From contig CM074805.1 in NCBI GenBank assembly GCA_037447605.1, positions 620,001-684,000 on the forward strand: DNA of 64,000 bases, written 5' to 3'. Position 1 is the stretch's first letter; every line of letters starts with the position of its first letter. The notes beneath the pieces were generated by a model. That model searched no databases, was not told where the DNA came from, and worked only from the letters and a program-made list of their open reading frames with translations. This document shows, in pieces, positions 36,143 through 52,180 of this stretch. The position numbers were made by a program, and so were the translations under genes. Source of the stretch: Zygnema circumcarinatum SAG 698-1b. Taxonomy: Eukaryota; Plantae; Zygnematophyceae.

Positions 36143-38879
36143 GGTTGTGCCTGCGATGCAGCCATAGCCAACGAAGTCAGATCGCAACGAAGTATTCTCC
36201 ACCATTCGCATTCAAAGGGCTACTAAAAAGAGGCTTCGAAGAAAGATGAGTTCTTTAGCCTTCAGAAATAACTCTCCTTTCCTGCACCTCCTCCAGCTCA
36301 CGACACTCCCTTTAAAACCATACACACTGACACTTACATATTATCCCTCCCTTTCTTCTCCCCCTGCCCCTCCCCCTACCCTTCCCTCCCGCCCCTTTTC
36401 TCTCTCTATCTCACTATCTCACTACCTCACTGCCCCTTTTTCTCTCTCTCTCACTCTCTCTCTCTCTCTCTCCCCCCCCTTTCGCAAGAAACTGCTTTCA
36501 AGCATCATTCCCGTTCCCTTCATCGCAACTGAACCCTTTCCCACCATATCCAAACACGCATCTTTCATGCTTTAGTGAAATAATCTCCTTGTAATACACT
36601 TATAAATGGAAGACCTGCATGGATGCATGGATGCATGGATGCAAACCTGGACTTGCAATAGGGCGAGCTCCGCGCCTCCCTTCTGAATGGCGACCAGCTT
36701 CAGCCGCTCCTCATGTGCCTTGCAAGCTTTCAAGCTTTTAAGCTCAATTTTAAAGAATCGATACACGGCAGACGGAGAGACGTGTGAAAAGATCACATTT
36801 GCAAAGTCTTGATACAGTGAAGTTCGTTAGATTGATTGAAGAGCGTCACGGTTATGGGTGCACGTGGCGACTGTATAAATCAGCCACGTCATCAGGAATG
36901 CCAGGCTGCTGATTGGTCCAAGATTTCGCACCTGCCACGTGGCCAGGCGAACCAGGCTCGCGATTTGTAGAAAATTAACGTTCTCAATTTGAGCCAATCG
37001 GAATCCACCACGTTGGAAGAAATCTCCTAAGAAAAAAAGTCGAAATTGTGTGGTTAATGTCTGTTTAACCAACTCAGCCATAACCAGCCAGCCTTTCACC
37101 AGTAACCACAACACTGGCCCGTGACTAACTAGATTTGATGACTAACTAGAGCCAATAACGAACTAGGGCCTTCGATTATCCAGAGCCCGTGAGCTCCCAG
37201 AAACAATCGTTGGTGACATCACGAAGGGGGCGCAGCACACCTTCTCGGAAACTACTTTCACAAAACGACGGAAATCTTTTTTGTTTAGCCGTGGAGTTTA
37301 TGATGCGTACGGCCATCCAATAAATGACGTTATAACGCCCGTTCTTTGGGCTTAAAAGTCAAAGCTTGCGACAAGATTCATACTAAACGATTCATAAATG
37401 ACGTCATAACATTATTGTGTCAAGGCTCATATGTGCGAGTCCGAACTTTTGGTGATTCTGTCGACGACAGAAAGGTCCTCTTTCAAGGCTCCCTATTGCA
37501 ACATGTGTCATGCTCTCCGGACTTTACGCGATTCTCGTCGGCTGACGTGATTGGCCAAATTATCCGAGGCTGATCCGCGTTAACTTTGCCACTCAACGCA
37601 TTATTCCACAGGAGGGACTGAATCTTGAATTCGGGTCCACCTCAATCTTGGACCGCTGAACCGGATCAACATCTCCCCGCCCTCGAGGCAGGATTGATGC
37701 TAGGAGGCATTGTTGTCTGCTGTAGCAGACGCAAGCTCCATCCATGGCGGTCCAGGGAAGCTGCTGCATGGCCCATGAAGATGATTATGATGATCAGCGA
37801 TGATGCACATGCAGATACTTGCAATGATCATGAAGTGGAGTCATCTCTCAGACCCCTCTTTCACACCAGGAATCAGGTATTGGCAAGATAGAAGCAATTC
37901 AATCCAAAGTACAAAACTGTAACCTCTGCAAGACATTCGTTCTGATTCGAGGTCACTCCAATCCAAACCTTATTTACAGCCTTTGGTTCTCCGCCATTGC
38001 AGTAAGGGAAACGCTGGGTAGCCTCCGAGGCAATGCTTGCGAGATCCACACGTTCAATATAATCAAAGTTTATCAAAGTTTCATGTATGACTAGATTGAC
38101 ACTTTTTTCTATACGAGCATGCTACATGCATGCATGATGACATCATGCATACATACATGCATGCACATGTGTCTGTGTTAAAAGTATGAGTCTTGATGGA
38201 CATTCTTACCGCAACTCTCACGATCTTAAGGCACATAACCACGCAGCACGGCCTTTCAAGTATGAACCTAATTGTAAAAGAAACGTTACTCAAACAAAGT
38301 GACATGTGATTTAATTGTTGGTGGTCGGACCGCACCTAAATGTGACTTTGATTGTTCGAAGGGGTAGGCATCACTGGTAAAAAAAAAAAAAAAAAGTTGA
38401 AGAAGCTTCTTGTAAGTGAATACTTAAGATTGCCCCTTGGATGCCTATTATGAGCGTGAGCATTCCTTATGGAGGCGAGAGAAACGTGGTTGGAAATAAA
38501 GCATCAGGTAGTGGTACATGAAAGCTTTAGCTTCAAAACAAGCTTCGGGACTCTTAGTTGCAATTATTGAGGGCAAAAAGGCAGTCACTTGCTGGGTTGG
38601 GTACTTAATGGTGCAGACTGAGTTGCTGGTTTCCATATCGAGGCCCACATTCAATGGAGCATGTCGTAAGAACAGCTTCTTTGTGCAATTTGGTGCGATG
38701 AAGCTTGAAAAGATCGCAGCTTTAGTTGCTTCTGTGTGAATTTTCGGCCGACGGTATGATTGCTTTCTCTGCTTTCGCACCACGCCCATTCCTGCCAACA
38801 TAAGCTTCGGAACTCGTCAAATTTTCCCATCTCACTTACAGTTTCATTCCCTCGGTTGACATGACTGCAACTCTTTTGT

Positions 38880-39270
38880 AACCTTCTCTCCTCGCCCCCC
38901 TTCATCCTCCCCCCCTGCCATCTCCCCCATCTCCCCTCTCCCCTCTCCCCTCTCCCCTCNNNNNNNNNNTTCCCCCTTTCCCCCTCTCTCCCTTCCCTCT
39001 CCCCTCCCCTCCCCCTCCCCCCTGGCATCTCCTCCACCACTTACCGCCTGCCGCCGCCCCCCTCCCCCCTCCTCCTTTCCCTCTCTCCCTTCTCCCCCCC
39101 AACCCCCCGCCCCCTGTCCCCTCCCCCTTCCCCCTCGCCCTCCCACCTCTCCCAACAATCAGAACGTGAGCTAGTGAGAAGGCGAATGAGAGTGGAAGCG
39201 GGAGAGGGAGAAGGGGGGCAGGGGGGGGAGGGAGCAAGGGGAGGAGGGAGGGCCAAAGAGAAAGGGAGGC
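38880..39270. repeat. Low-complexity C-rich tract followed by a G-rich tract, containing a 10-N assembly gap
   Basis: CCCCTC/CCCCTCT runs 38880-39150, N at 38960-38969, GGGGAG runs 39195-39270. Confidence 0.8.
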
Positions 39271-39289
39271 TGACCTTAGAAGTGGGTGG

Positions 39290-40270
39290 AATGCCTCAGG
39301 ACTGCACTACAGAGCGGCATTCTCCTCGCGGGCTTCCCCTGCTTCTGCCGTCTACCGTTGTGGGCTAAGTCAGGGAGCTGCACTCTTTCTAATGGAGGGC
39401 CTCCACGCGGCGGTAGTGCGGCCGCTCGTTTCTCTGAGGGAGAGGTGGGAGGAGAGGGAGAGGCGGGGGCGGCCCCTCCGTCAGGTTTCGTTAGCCTGAA
39501 TCCCTACGCAACTGCTGCAGAGATTTTCAATTTTTGTCACCCTAAAGTCCCTGATAGAGGGCAAAATCTTCCGTTTCCGTATCCATGTAAGCACTTTCAT
39601 TTGCAATAGGGGGCAATTGGGGCAGTAAATCGCTGCGATCGTGAGGGAAGCAACGGCTCTCTCTGCAACAGCACGGTGCCTTGGAAGAAACATTTGGAAG
39701 GTCTTCCACGTCTGACTTTGTACGAAAATGAAAGGCACGCTGGGGGTAGAGGTAGATGACTGCAGGCCGATGTATGGAAGGGTGTGAAGGATTCAAGGAG
39801 GCAGTTGCATCCCTCAAACTCTAAATTTGAGCTTCAATGAGAACGGGAATCGTCTCAGCACCGACGCGAGGTGCGGGGACATCACTGAAGATGAACTCAG
39901 AAGCCTTTTCTTGCAACGACAAGGCAATGATAGTACAGGACAATACCCTCTTGCTCTCACTCTCGTCGCCCTTATTTCCTCCCACCCCCTTGTACATGCG
40001 CAGAAGCACGTTGAGGTAAATGTAACCTTCTGCGTCAACAGTCTGATGTTGCACAAAACTGTTCATCGAAAAAAGTCGTTTCAACACTCCCTTGCCTTTG
40101 ACTGGCCTTTCTGCTCCGCTCTCACACGATGAAGCTACTCGCAGTACGGTTAGAGCTGGAGGCACAATAGCTGTAAATGAAGTAGAGGCACAGGGGGCAG
40201 TATACCTTGGAGCTGTGCAGCATGCAGCCCGCGCACGTTGTAAGGGTTCCAGTTCCATTATTGGAAACAC
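39290..40270 (-). CDS. Possible orphan multi-exon gene, unverified
   Basis: 149-aa ORF 39821-40270 with a transit-peptide-like start (RAACCTAPRY...RVASSC). Possible downstream exon KPDGGAAPASPSPP...HSTHF. No recognisable domain. Confidence 0.25.
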
Positions 40271-43200
40271 TGCAGCAGGCAGGCAGGCAGGCAGGCTGTA
40301 CCTTCAACAGAGCGTGTTTGGAGAGCTTCAGGGATGTTGTGAAGAAAATGCGACTCTTGCACCTTTCTGTGTGTTGAGTGTGCGCGAGAGCGCGCATGAA
40401 GAAACGAGAAAGCGCCTTTGTGATTCTCTCTTACCCTCTCCTTCATTCTGGCCCCGTCAGCCATGGACGCGCCCATCTGTGCATGCATCCATGCATGTGC
40501 GGGCCCCATGCATGCCCACGGCATGGCCATGCGCCATCATCGCCGGCCTCCCTGGCCGGCGGGACCGCCGCTCCGCTGGAGCCCTCCCCGGAGCGCTGTC
40601 GCCTGTACGGCCCTGCCCGCCGCCCACGTGGCGCGACCGCCCTTATGGGCCTCGCGTTCTGGGAGCGGATGCATCCATCCGTACAAGCCCGCGCATGGAG
40701 AAACGGATCCAAAGCGTACGGCAGAACTCTCGCGTATCTCAACTGTCGGCTTGTACGAGGCCACCAGCTGGCGGAAGGTCGGTGGACGGCTGGACCCATC
40801 ACGGGACGGCACGTGTGTAATTTGTTCGTACAATCGGATCTTATCTTGAGACGGAAAATCTCTGTGCACACGTCGCGACGAGGGAACCGGGCGGTAGAAC
40901 AGTACGACAGTCACACGTGGCAATCATAGAATCGTACTGGAAATCGGCTCCAGAGGATCTGGCTGGGAACTGGGAGCCAATGGGAGAACTCGGAAAAGAA
41001 ATTATTTCAGAGAATGATGGAAATTGTCAGGAGGAGGTCGACGTGGCTTTATCGTGGCGACGAATTTGGGGCTTTGGAATTTGATTTTTGCGGATGCCCT
41101 AAACGTTTGTGTGGCGGGGGACGGCGTCCGGGAACTTCGCAAAATGCGGCCCTCTCATTGGCTTAAAAGCTGCCCCATCCTCGGACGTCCACGGAAACGG
41201 CATTTCGGGACGAGAGGAGAAACTTTTAGTCTTGCCCGAGGGGACAAAACGTGACGTCGGAATAGCGTCATGGCCACAGAGTGAAACAAAAATAGGTTTT
41301 GGGAATAATTCGAAATTTCCGCCACGAGGGCCGAACGAAACCTCCATTTACCTTCCAGCGGCCCGCCTCGCTCGCGTGACAGCGACCGTGCGGGACTGCG
41401 GATCCACCAAAGCCGATTCCACCAGATCAACACTCATATTGGTCCGTACAGTTCTATTCCCGTCTGCGTCGTTTTCTTTCAATCCTGATGTGTGCCCCCC
41501 CACCAGCGCGGATCAACCTTGAAAGTGGATCCCCTTGCCCTCGAAACTGCTGACAGGAACATCCCCCACCGCCGGATCCCCCTCACCCCCGCAGATCAAC
41601 CGTCCCCCCTCCCCTCTGAAATATCCGCCTCGAGCCGCCCGCCGCCGCCGATTCTCCCCCTCCGCGCCGCCCCCGATTTCCCACGAGCCGATCGGACGGC
41701 CCTTGTTTGCCACGGCCTCCTCTCCCCCTTGCGAGCGGATAGCCCAGCGAATGGCGCCACCTGGCGGGCCCCGCGAATGGCCGCGCGCCACGGGGCCCCC
41801 CTCCGGATGAGGGCGCTGCCCGCCGCTCGCGCCACGCCAGCCGGCCCGCCCGCTGACCGGGGCCGCCCTGCCTGTTGTACGGCCGCCACGTCGATCGCGC
41901 GCGCCGCTGAGTAGTCCAAGAGACTTCCCGGCCCCGCCCCGCTTCGAACGAACCAAAAAAAATTGCTTCCGCGTGGCCGGCCCCCACTCGGCGCATCTCC
42001 GCCGTCCGATCCCCGTCACGGCGCGGTCCGGACCGTCCGATCGCGGGTGGTCCCCGCGCAGGCCCATCCGCTTCCGCCGTGTGGCTCGCAGCGTCACGTT
42101 TTTGTCGTCGGTATTTGCGCTCGAGCCACGTGGCGACTTACCCTCAGCCAGCGCTCGCCCTCCCTCCAGCTGCCCCATCCTCTCTCAAACCGCCCACCCT
42201 CCACCCCCTTCCTCCCTTCCTCCCTCCTGGCTGCCTCTCCTCCCACTCTCTCCCTCCATCTCTCCCTCTACAGTGCCCTCTCTCTCCGTCTCAGGCTCTC
42301 TTGCTCTCCGCAGCAGCGGAAGGCCGGGAGGAGGACGACGAGTCTACAGCCGCCTCCACGCGTCAGATGTAGCGGTAAGTTTCCGCCTGTGCAGGCAGGA
42401 GTGGCCGAAGGGTCTGTGTAGATTAGGGTTCAGGGCTATGACGGGGAGGAGGGGGATGATGGCCGAGTTGTCAGTGCGAACCAGAGATGATGTAAACGCG
42501 GAGGTAGACCTATTGTGCCGTGGTTAGGGTTCCATTTTGGAAGGTTTTTTTAACGAAGTAATTAGCGAGGAGACATGCGGTGGTTGTATGATTATTCCGG
42601 AAAGGTGAATGGAAATCAGAACGAGGGTACGAATATTGTGCAAATGGAACTCTGGAAGCATGTAGGGATTCACATGTTGGTGATGTGAAGGCTACAGAGA
42701 AGGTTCTAGGGTTGGAGCACGTGATACAGTTTAAGATAAGGCTCAGAAAGTCTGTTTGCGATGCTTGATGAAGCGGAGCCCGTACCGATTGTGGTCTTCC
42801 ATGGGGATGTTCGCTGCTGGAAGATGTTTGCAGCAGAATTTTACGGAACTGGAACTGTAGTTGGAAGCAGACCCGGAGCCTTGAGAATGTGGTTGCGTTC
42901 ACTCGTGATCATTACAGCTGTCAGAGAGCCTTATCCACTTGGGAGCCTGTCTGATCAAGGCTCCCTGCTATGGTGTGAAGAAAAGGGGAAAAAGAAGAGA
43001 AAAAAGGTTCCTCTGAGGCCTTCTGCACGTCGTTGTGGAGGATTAGGTTGAGTTTTCTGGATGAAACGGGGCCTAGTTTGACCTAGTTTGACCTAGGTTG
43101 ACCTACCTTGAGTTAAGATGTACCAAAGAACGTGGATTCTCTTGGAAGGCGAAGGATGCCGCCATGCAGGGCTGCAGCATGTTGCAGTGACGACGTTGCA

Positions 43201-43575
43201 GGGGTTTCCGGTGTTGGCAGTAACGTTATTCCGGTTATCTCTTGAAGGGCAACAAAAGAGCCTGTCTGATCCTCGTGTGTGAAAACGTATAGCAGGAGGT
43301 TCAGATGTCGTAAGATACTGAAGGTTACTTTCTGATATGCAGCATGTGTGGTGAACAGGATCAGTTTTGATGGCAGTGTCTGGAAGCGATGATGTTTTGC
43401 TGATGCCTCTCTATCTGTTTCGTTTGTTCTCTGCGCAGGTGGTTTCTCTGCATTAGTATTGTCCAGTTTGAATGCGAGTGTTAGAACCTTGTGAAAGAGA
43501 CTGCGGAAGAAGACTCATTTGTAATGTGCAGTTTTGAGTCCTGAACTCGGAAAGTCCAATACTTGTGAGGAGGCG

Positions 43576-47904
<4,329 letters not shown>

Positions 47905-49289
47905 TGACACTACTGCAGGTTTTGGGCTTAGAGACGGAGGAGAGCCTTGTACGTACGCCTTAAAAGGCATCGGAGAGGGGAATTATGGCGGTGGGCGTGC
48001 TGAGTGCCCCCTGGGGAACCCATGGAGAAGCTGCTACATAGATTTCCAGTGTACATTTTGGTATGGAGAGAGAGGGAGGGGGGCGAGGGCTTGGTGTGTT
48101 CTCGGAAAGTCCGAAACTTTGTGCAATTTTCAGCACGGAAGGATGCTCTGTGAAGATGCAGCATGACCAGTAGCTCATTCGGAAGCCTCGTTTCGGAATG
48201 GAGTGCTCAGCTGAAGCTAATGCGCTCAAGAGAAGGCCGGAGGAGGGAGAGGAGACCGGTGGAGGGCAGGGCGGCATGTGAGGGGACTTCTGAAGAATTT
48301 GATTTTGTGTGTTCATAATTTTTTTTGGAAGGCGTGGGAAGTGGAGGAGTTTGTCGGACTTACGGCTGACTGTGTCTTACACTCAAGTTTCAACATGGGC
48401 TCACGATTGGCCGGGGGGGAGGGGGGGAGGCTTTATGATTTTGGAAGCAGCCATTTTATGATCGACTTGAGGTTAGCATCGGGCTCCGTAACCTTTGTTG
48501 ACTTTACATAACAACCCCTCGAAAATAAAGGGGAGGGTTCATCTTCTGAGGCAGGCTTGCCCCGGAGGTCCTCATAGGCATTCGAGTGACAGGAGAGTGT
48601 TTTGTATATACGTGTAGTACTAGTATCATGATGCAGGGCAGTTGCATCCAGTTCAGTTTAATTCAGTTCAGTTACAGCTACAGTTCTGTTGTGTCTTGAT
48701 TCATTTGTTCCAGACACTTTCTCAGTTTTGGTAGATGGCAAAACATCAGAGAGCCTGCTGGTGTGGTCTGGCTTAGTGAATTCCCTTTTGTGTAACACTC
48801 GAGGGAGAGAGGGGTTGGGAAGACCTCTAGCGGTAGCTTCCTCTCCTCCCTCCCTCCAGACTGGCGGGTGGGTCGATGTTGTGGTAACATCTGCTTATAA
48901 GGACGTGCCGGCTCGAGTGTGTTTCAAACTTTGTACTATGAAATGTGGGCCCATGGAAGGATGCTGTGTCCTCTGGTTTTGAGAGATGCACTTCCTGAGC
49001 TTTGGTTGGGGTGTGTCCTTTAGTCTCGGAAAGGAAAGTATGGTGCCCGAACATGATTTGGTGCTTCCCTCGTAAAATAAGGTGGAAATTTTGAACTTGG
49101 TTACAACGAATTTCATGCACCATGAGGTGCATTCATGCGTCTTCACTTTCCGCCCTTTTCCTGATAGAGTTAGCGACCAGGTGCAGCCCACTAACTAACT
49201 AATTACGTATCTAACTGATATTTCGATATGGTTTCGATATTTGGAACTTGTCTGCAATAGGGATGGCTTAATTACGACTATAAAATATA

Positions 49290-50317
49290 GGAAAATTCTA
49301 TTCTCACACCTTTTTTGTCTACGCACAGACCTCTTTTCGCTGGGCAGATTTTAAAATAGACAAAAAAGGAACACACCTTTCACACCTTTTTTTTTTCACC
49401 TTTTTTTTCACATCTTTTTGGAATCGATACACGCTACTAGTGCTGAGCGGCCGAGCGCCGTGAGACCTTTTTCTGTCGGGCAGATTTTACTCCTTATGTA
49501 AACCCTTACGAAATGAAGAATAACGCCCCTTATCTGCCTGCCCGAATCCGCTCGGAGCGGAAGATCCGTCCGCCACGAGATCGTTCGCGGGTGGCCGTCC
49601 TTCACACGTGCAATAATTTTCCGCCGTCGATATTCACGCAGATCGCACCATGGCAGATCACCGTTCGATCAGCAGCCGGGCTCTGTCCCACGTGTCCCAC
49701 CCAAGCCGGCTCCAAGGACCGTACAAAAGGCGTACGCCCGCAGCTTCGAGGAAAGTCAAAAAACGTAATAATTAAAGTTGAGTGCCTGTACCAATCACAG
49801 TTTGCCACGTCTAAAAAGAGCACGCGGCAGATGGTGATTGGTTCAAGCTCGCAATGTAAGGAATTTAGACTTTCCTCGAAGCTGCGACCGTACGAGTTGT
49901 GTACGGTCCTCGAGCCTGCTCGGGTGGGACACGTGGGCGTGTGCCATTCGCTGGAACCGAGCCCGGCTGCCGATCGAACGGTGATCTGCCGTAGTGTGAT
50001 CTTCTCTAGAATCGACGGTGTATAGTTTCTGCACGTGTGAAGGACGGCCACCCGCGAACGATCTCGTGGCGGACGGATCTTCTGCTCCGAGTGGATTCGG
50101 GCAGGCCGATATTTTTTTCTTTGAAAAAAACAAGAAGGGGTAAAATCTGCCCGATGGAGAAAGGTGTGTATCGATTTCAAAAAGGTGGGAAAAAAAAGGT
50201 GAAAAAAAAAAGGTGAGAAGGTGTGAAAGGTGTGTTCTTTTTTTGTGCTATTTTAAAATCTGCCCGGCGAAAAGAGGCCTGTGTGTAGACAAAAAAGGTG
50301 TGAGAATAGAATTTTCC
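49290..50317. mobile_element. Foldback DNA transposon family B copy 2 (1028 bp)
   Basis: Same GGAAAATTCTATTCTCACACC TIR as 26692-27664. Long inverted arms. Perfect 8-bp TSD AAAATATA (49282-49289; 50318-50325). Confidence 0.9.
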
Positions 50318-50327
50318 AAAATATATA

Positions 50328-51028
50328 GGGGGCGACTATTTACAGTGTACGGATTCTGAATGTAGTGTACGATTTCGCCGGGCAGCAAAAAAAATCCTTT
50401 TTTTGGTTGCCCAACGCTGTTTCATACTTTTTAGAATAGAGACAGACCTTTTTTCGTCGGATGTACGGATAGTGATTTGAAATGTACCAAGCGCGCGCGT
50501 CTACAAGGTAGAAGGGCGCAACACGTGGAGCGACATGATTGGTGCGGCAACATATGACGTGACACGTATGTTTTGGACCGTGACGTGACGAAACGAGACG
50601 CGACAAAAGTGGAGTCCGCGGACGGCAGTCGGAAATGGCGGGAATAAAAACTGACAGATTTTTCCTGAAACACGCTACGTTATGTGCCCTATCTTTCTCT
50701 GTCAGTTTTAATTCCGGCCATTTCCGACTGCCGTCCGCGGACTCCACTTTTGTCGCGTCTCGTTTTGTCACGTCACGGTCCCAAACATACTTGCCACGTC
50801 ATATGTTGCCGCGACCAATCATGTTGCTCCACGTGTTGCGCCCTTATACCTTGTAGACGCGCGCGCTTGGTACATTTCAAATCACTACCCGTACATCCGA
50901 CGAAAAAAGGTCTGTATCTATTCTAAAAAGTATGAAACAGCGTTGGGCAACCAAAAAAAGGATTTTTTTGCTGCCCGGCGAAATCGTACACTACATTCAG
51001 AATCCGTACACTGTAAATAGTCGCCCCC
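50328..51028. mobile_element. Foldback DNA transposon family C (701 bp, nearly a perfect palindrome)
   Basis: Termini GGGGGCGACTATTTACAGTGTACGG...CCGTACACTGTAAATAGTCGCCCCC. Arms of about 330 bp with a short spacer near 50660-50700. Perfect 8-bp TSD AATATATA (50320-50327; 51029-51036). Confidence 0.92.
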
Positions 51029-51192
51029 AATATATATTATATTATATAACTGTGACGACTAGATAACAGCTGTTATATAATACTTTACAACGCCTTTACA
51101 ACACGTACGGTCGTATGGTCGTACAACTGTACGGTATTATGTACGAATGTACGGTCGGCACGAGCAGACACAGCGGACGCATTTCGCAACGC

Positions 51193-52180
51193 TGTAGCGT
51201 AACGGAGCTGCGCTCGACGGATCCGCGCCCGTTCAGTTGTACTTGACATATTCATATTCAGTGTCACGGACCGGCATAATCCAGGAGTTGCCGACGGAAA
51301 ATGCGAGAAGGCGGCGCCATGTGTTGGCGGCCCACGGAACAGCACACCATCCAGCTAGGCGCACTCGGAAGCGCCGCAAAATGCCGCCGATTGTCATCAG
51401 TTGACCTATCCGAAGGCTCCACGCAGTCAGTCAGGCCACTCAGTGGGCAGTTGGCCAATCAGGGACTGTCACTGCTAAGGCTCAAGATCTATTGTCAGTG
51501 CTAAGTAGATGGGATGTCAGTGATGCTTGTTTGTCTTTTAGTGCTGGGCTTAGTATTTGTATTTGCTGTGTGGGTTGTTGTCTTGTTCTTCTTTTCTTCC
51601 TCTTCAGTTACAGCAACAGATGCTAAGTTAGAGAGAGAGAGAGAGTTCCATGGCATAAAGAGAGAGAGAGAAAGAGTCTTCTTGCTGATAGCATTTAGAC
51701 ATCCCATTCAGCCCAGCCAGACAAAGATTTCAGTGAGAAGACGCTTTCATTGTAATGACAATCCCCAGCCAACCGCTGGCTGGGGTGAGTTTCCAAGATA
51801 CCACCTTTATCTAAGTTGAGTCCTGTTTTCCCTTTGCTGTCACTATGCCAAGCTACCATCTTGTGTTATCCTGCCTTACATTCCTCCTAATGACCGATGA
51901 TAACTAGAAGCCTAGCTAAGAGAATAGCCGAGGAGAAGACAGGAGAAGAGAGGCCCCAAGGAAGGGCCCTTTGCGCATCGAGTCCAGCCGCCGGTGGGAA
52001 CATCTTCGGGATCCCTACGTCTTCCGCTGCGCGTACCTCTGAATCCCCCGGATCCTGGCTCTATGCTGCAGGCAGATCCACAGCACCAACCCAACCCTTC
52101 ATCAGTTTCAGCACGGACGCGCGAGTGGCCGTACAGCACCTGCAACTAGCTCAGCAATCTCCTTTTAACCCCACTTATCT
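51193..52180 (+). repeat. 5' LTR (about 988 bp)
   Basis: 51416-52180 matches the 3' repeat with about 10 substitutions and one AG-repeat indel by eye. Directly followed by the PBS. Confidence 0.85.

Noticed and set aside
40092-42527. Cluster of long ORFs (up to 242 aa) in all frames
   Set aside because: CpG-island-like region upstream of beta-amylase. Mutually overlapping, low-complexity translations with no recognisable homology.
51261-51275. TGTCACGG as an alternative LTR start (a nested second element)
   Set aside because: There is no matching TGACA end or TSD. The outer TGTAGC/GCTACA termini with the ACGC TSD fit the empty site exactly. It cannot be fully excluded because the start of the 3' LTR is in the gap.
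51514-51819. 101-aa ORF with a hydrophobic N-terminus in the 5' LTR
   Set aside because: It arises from T/G-rich and AG-microsatellite sequence, and the frame is broken by the AG-repeat indel in the 3' LTR copy.
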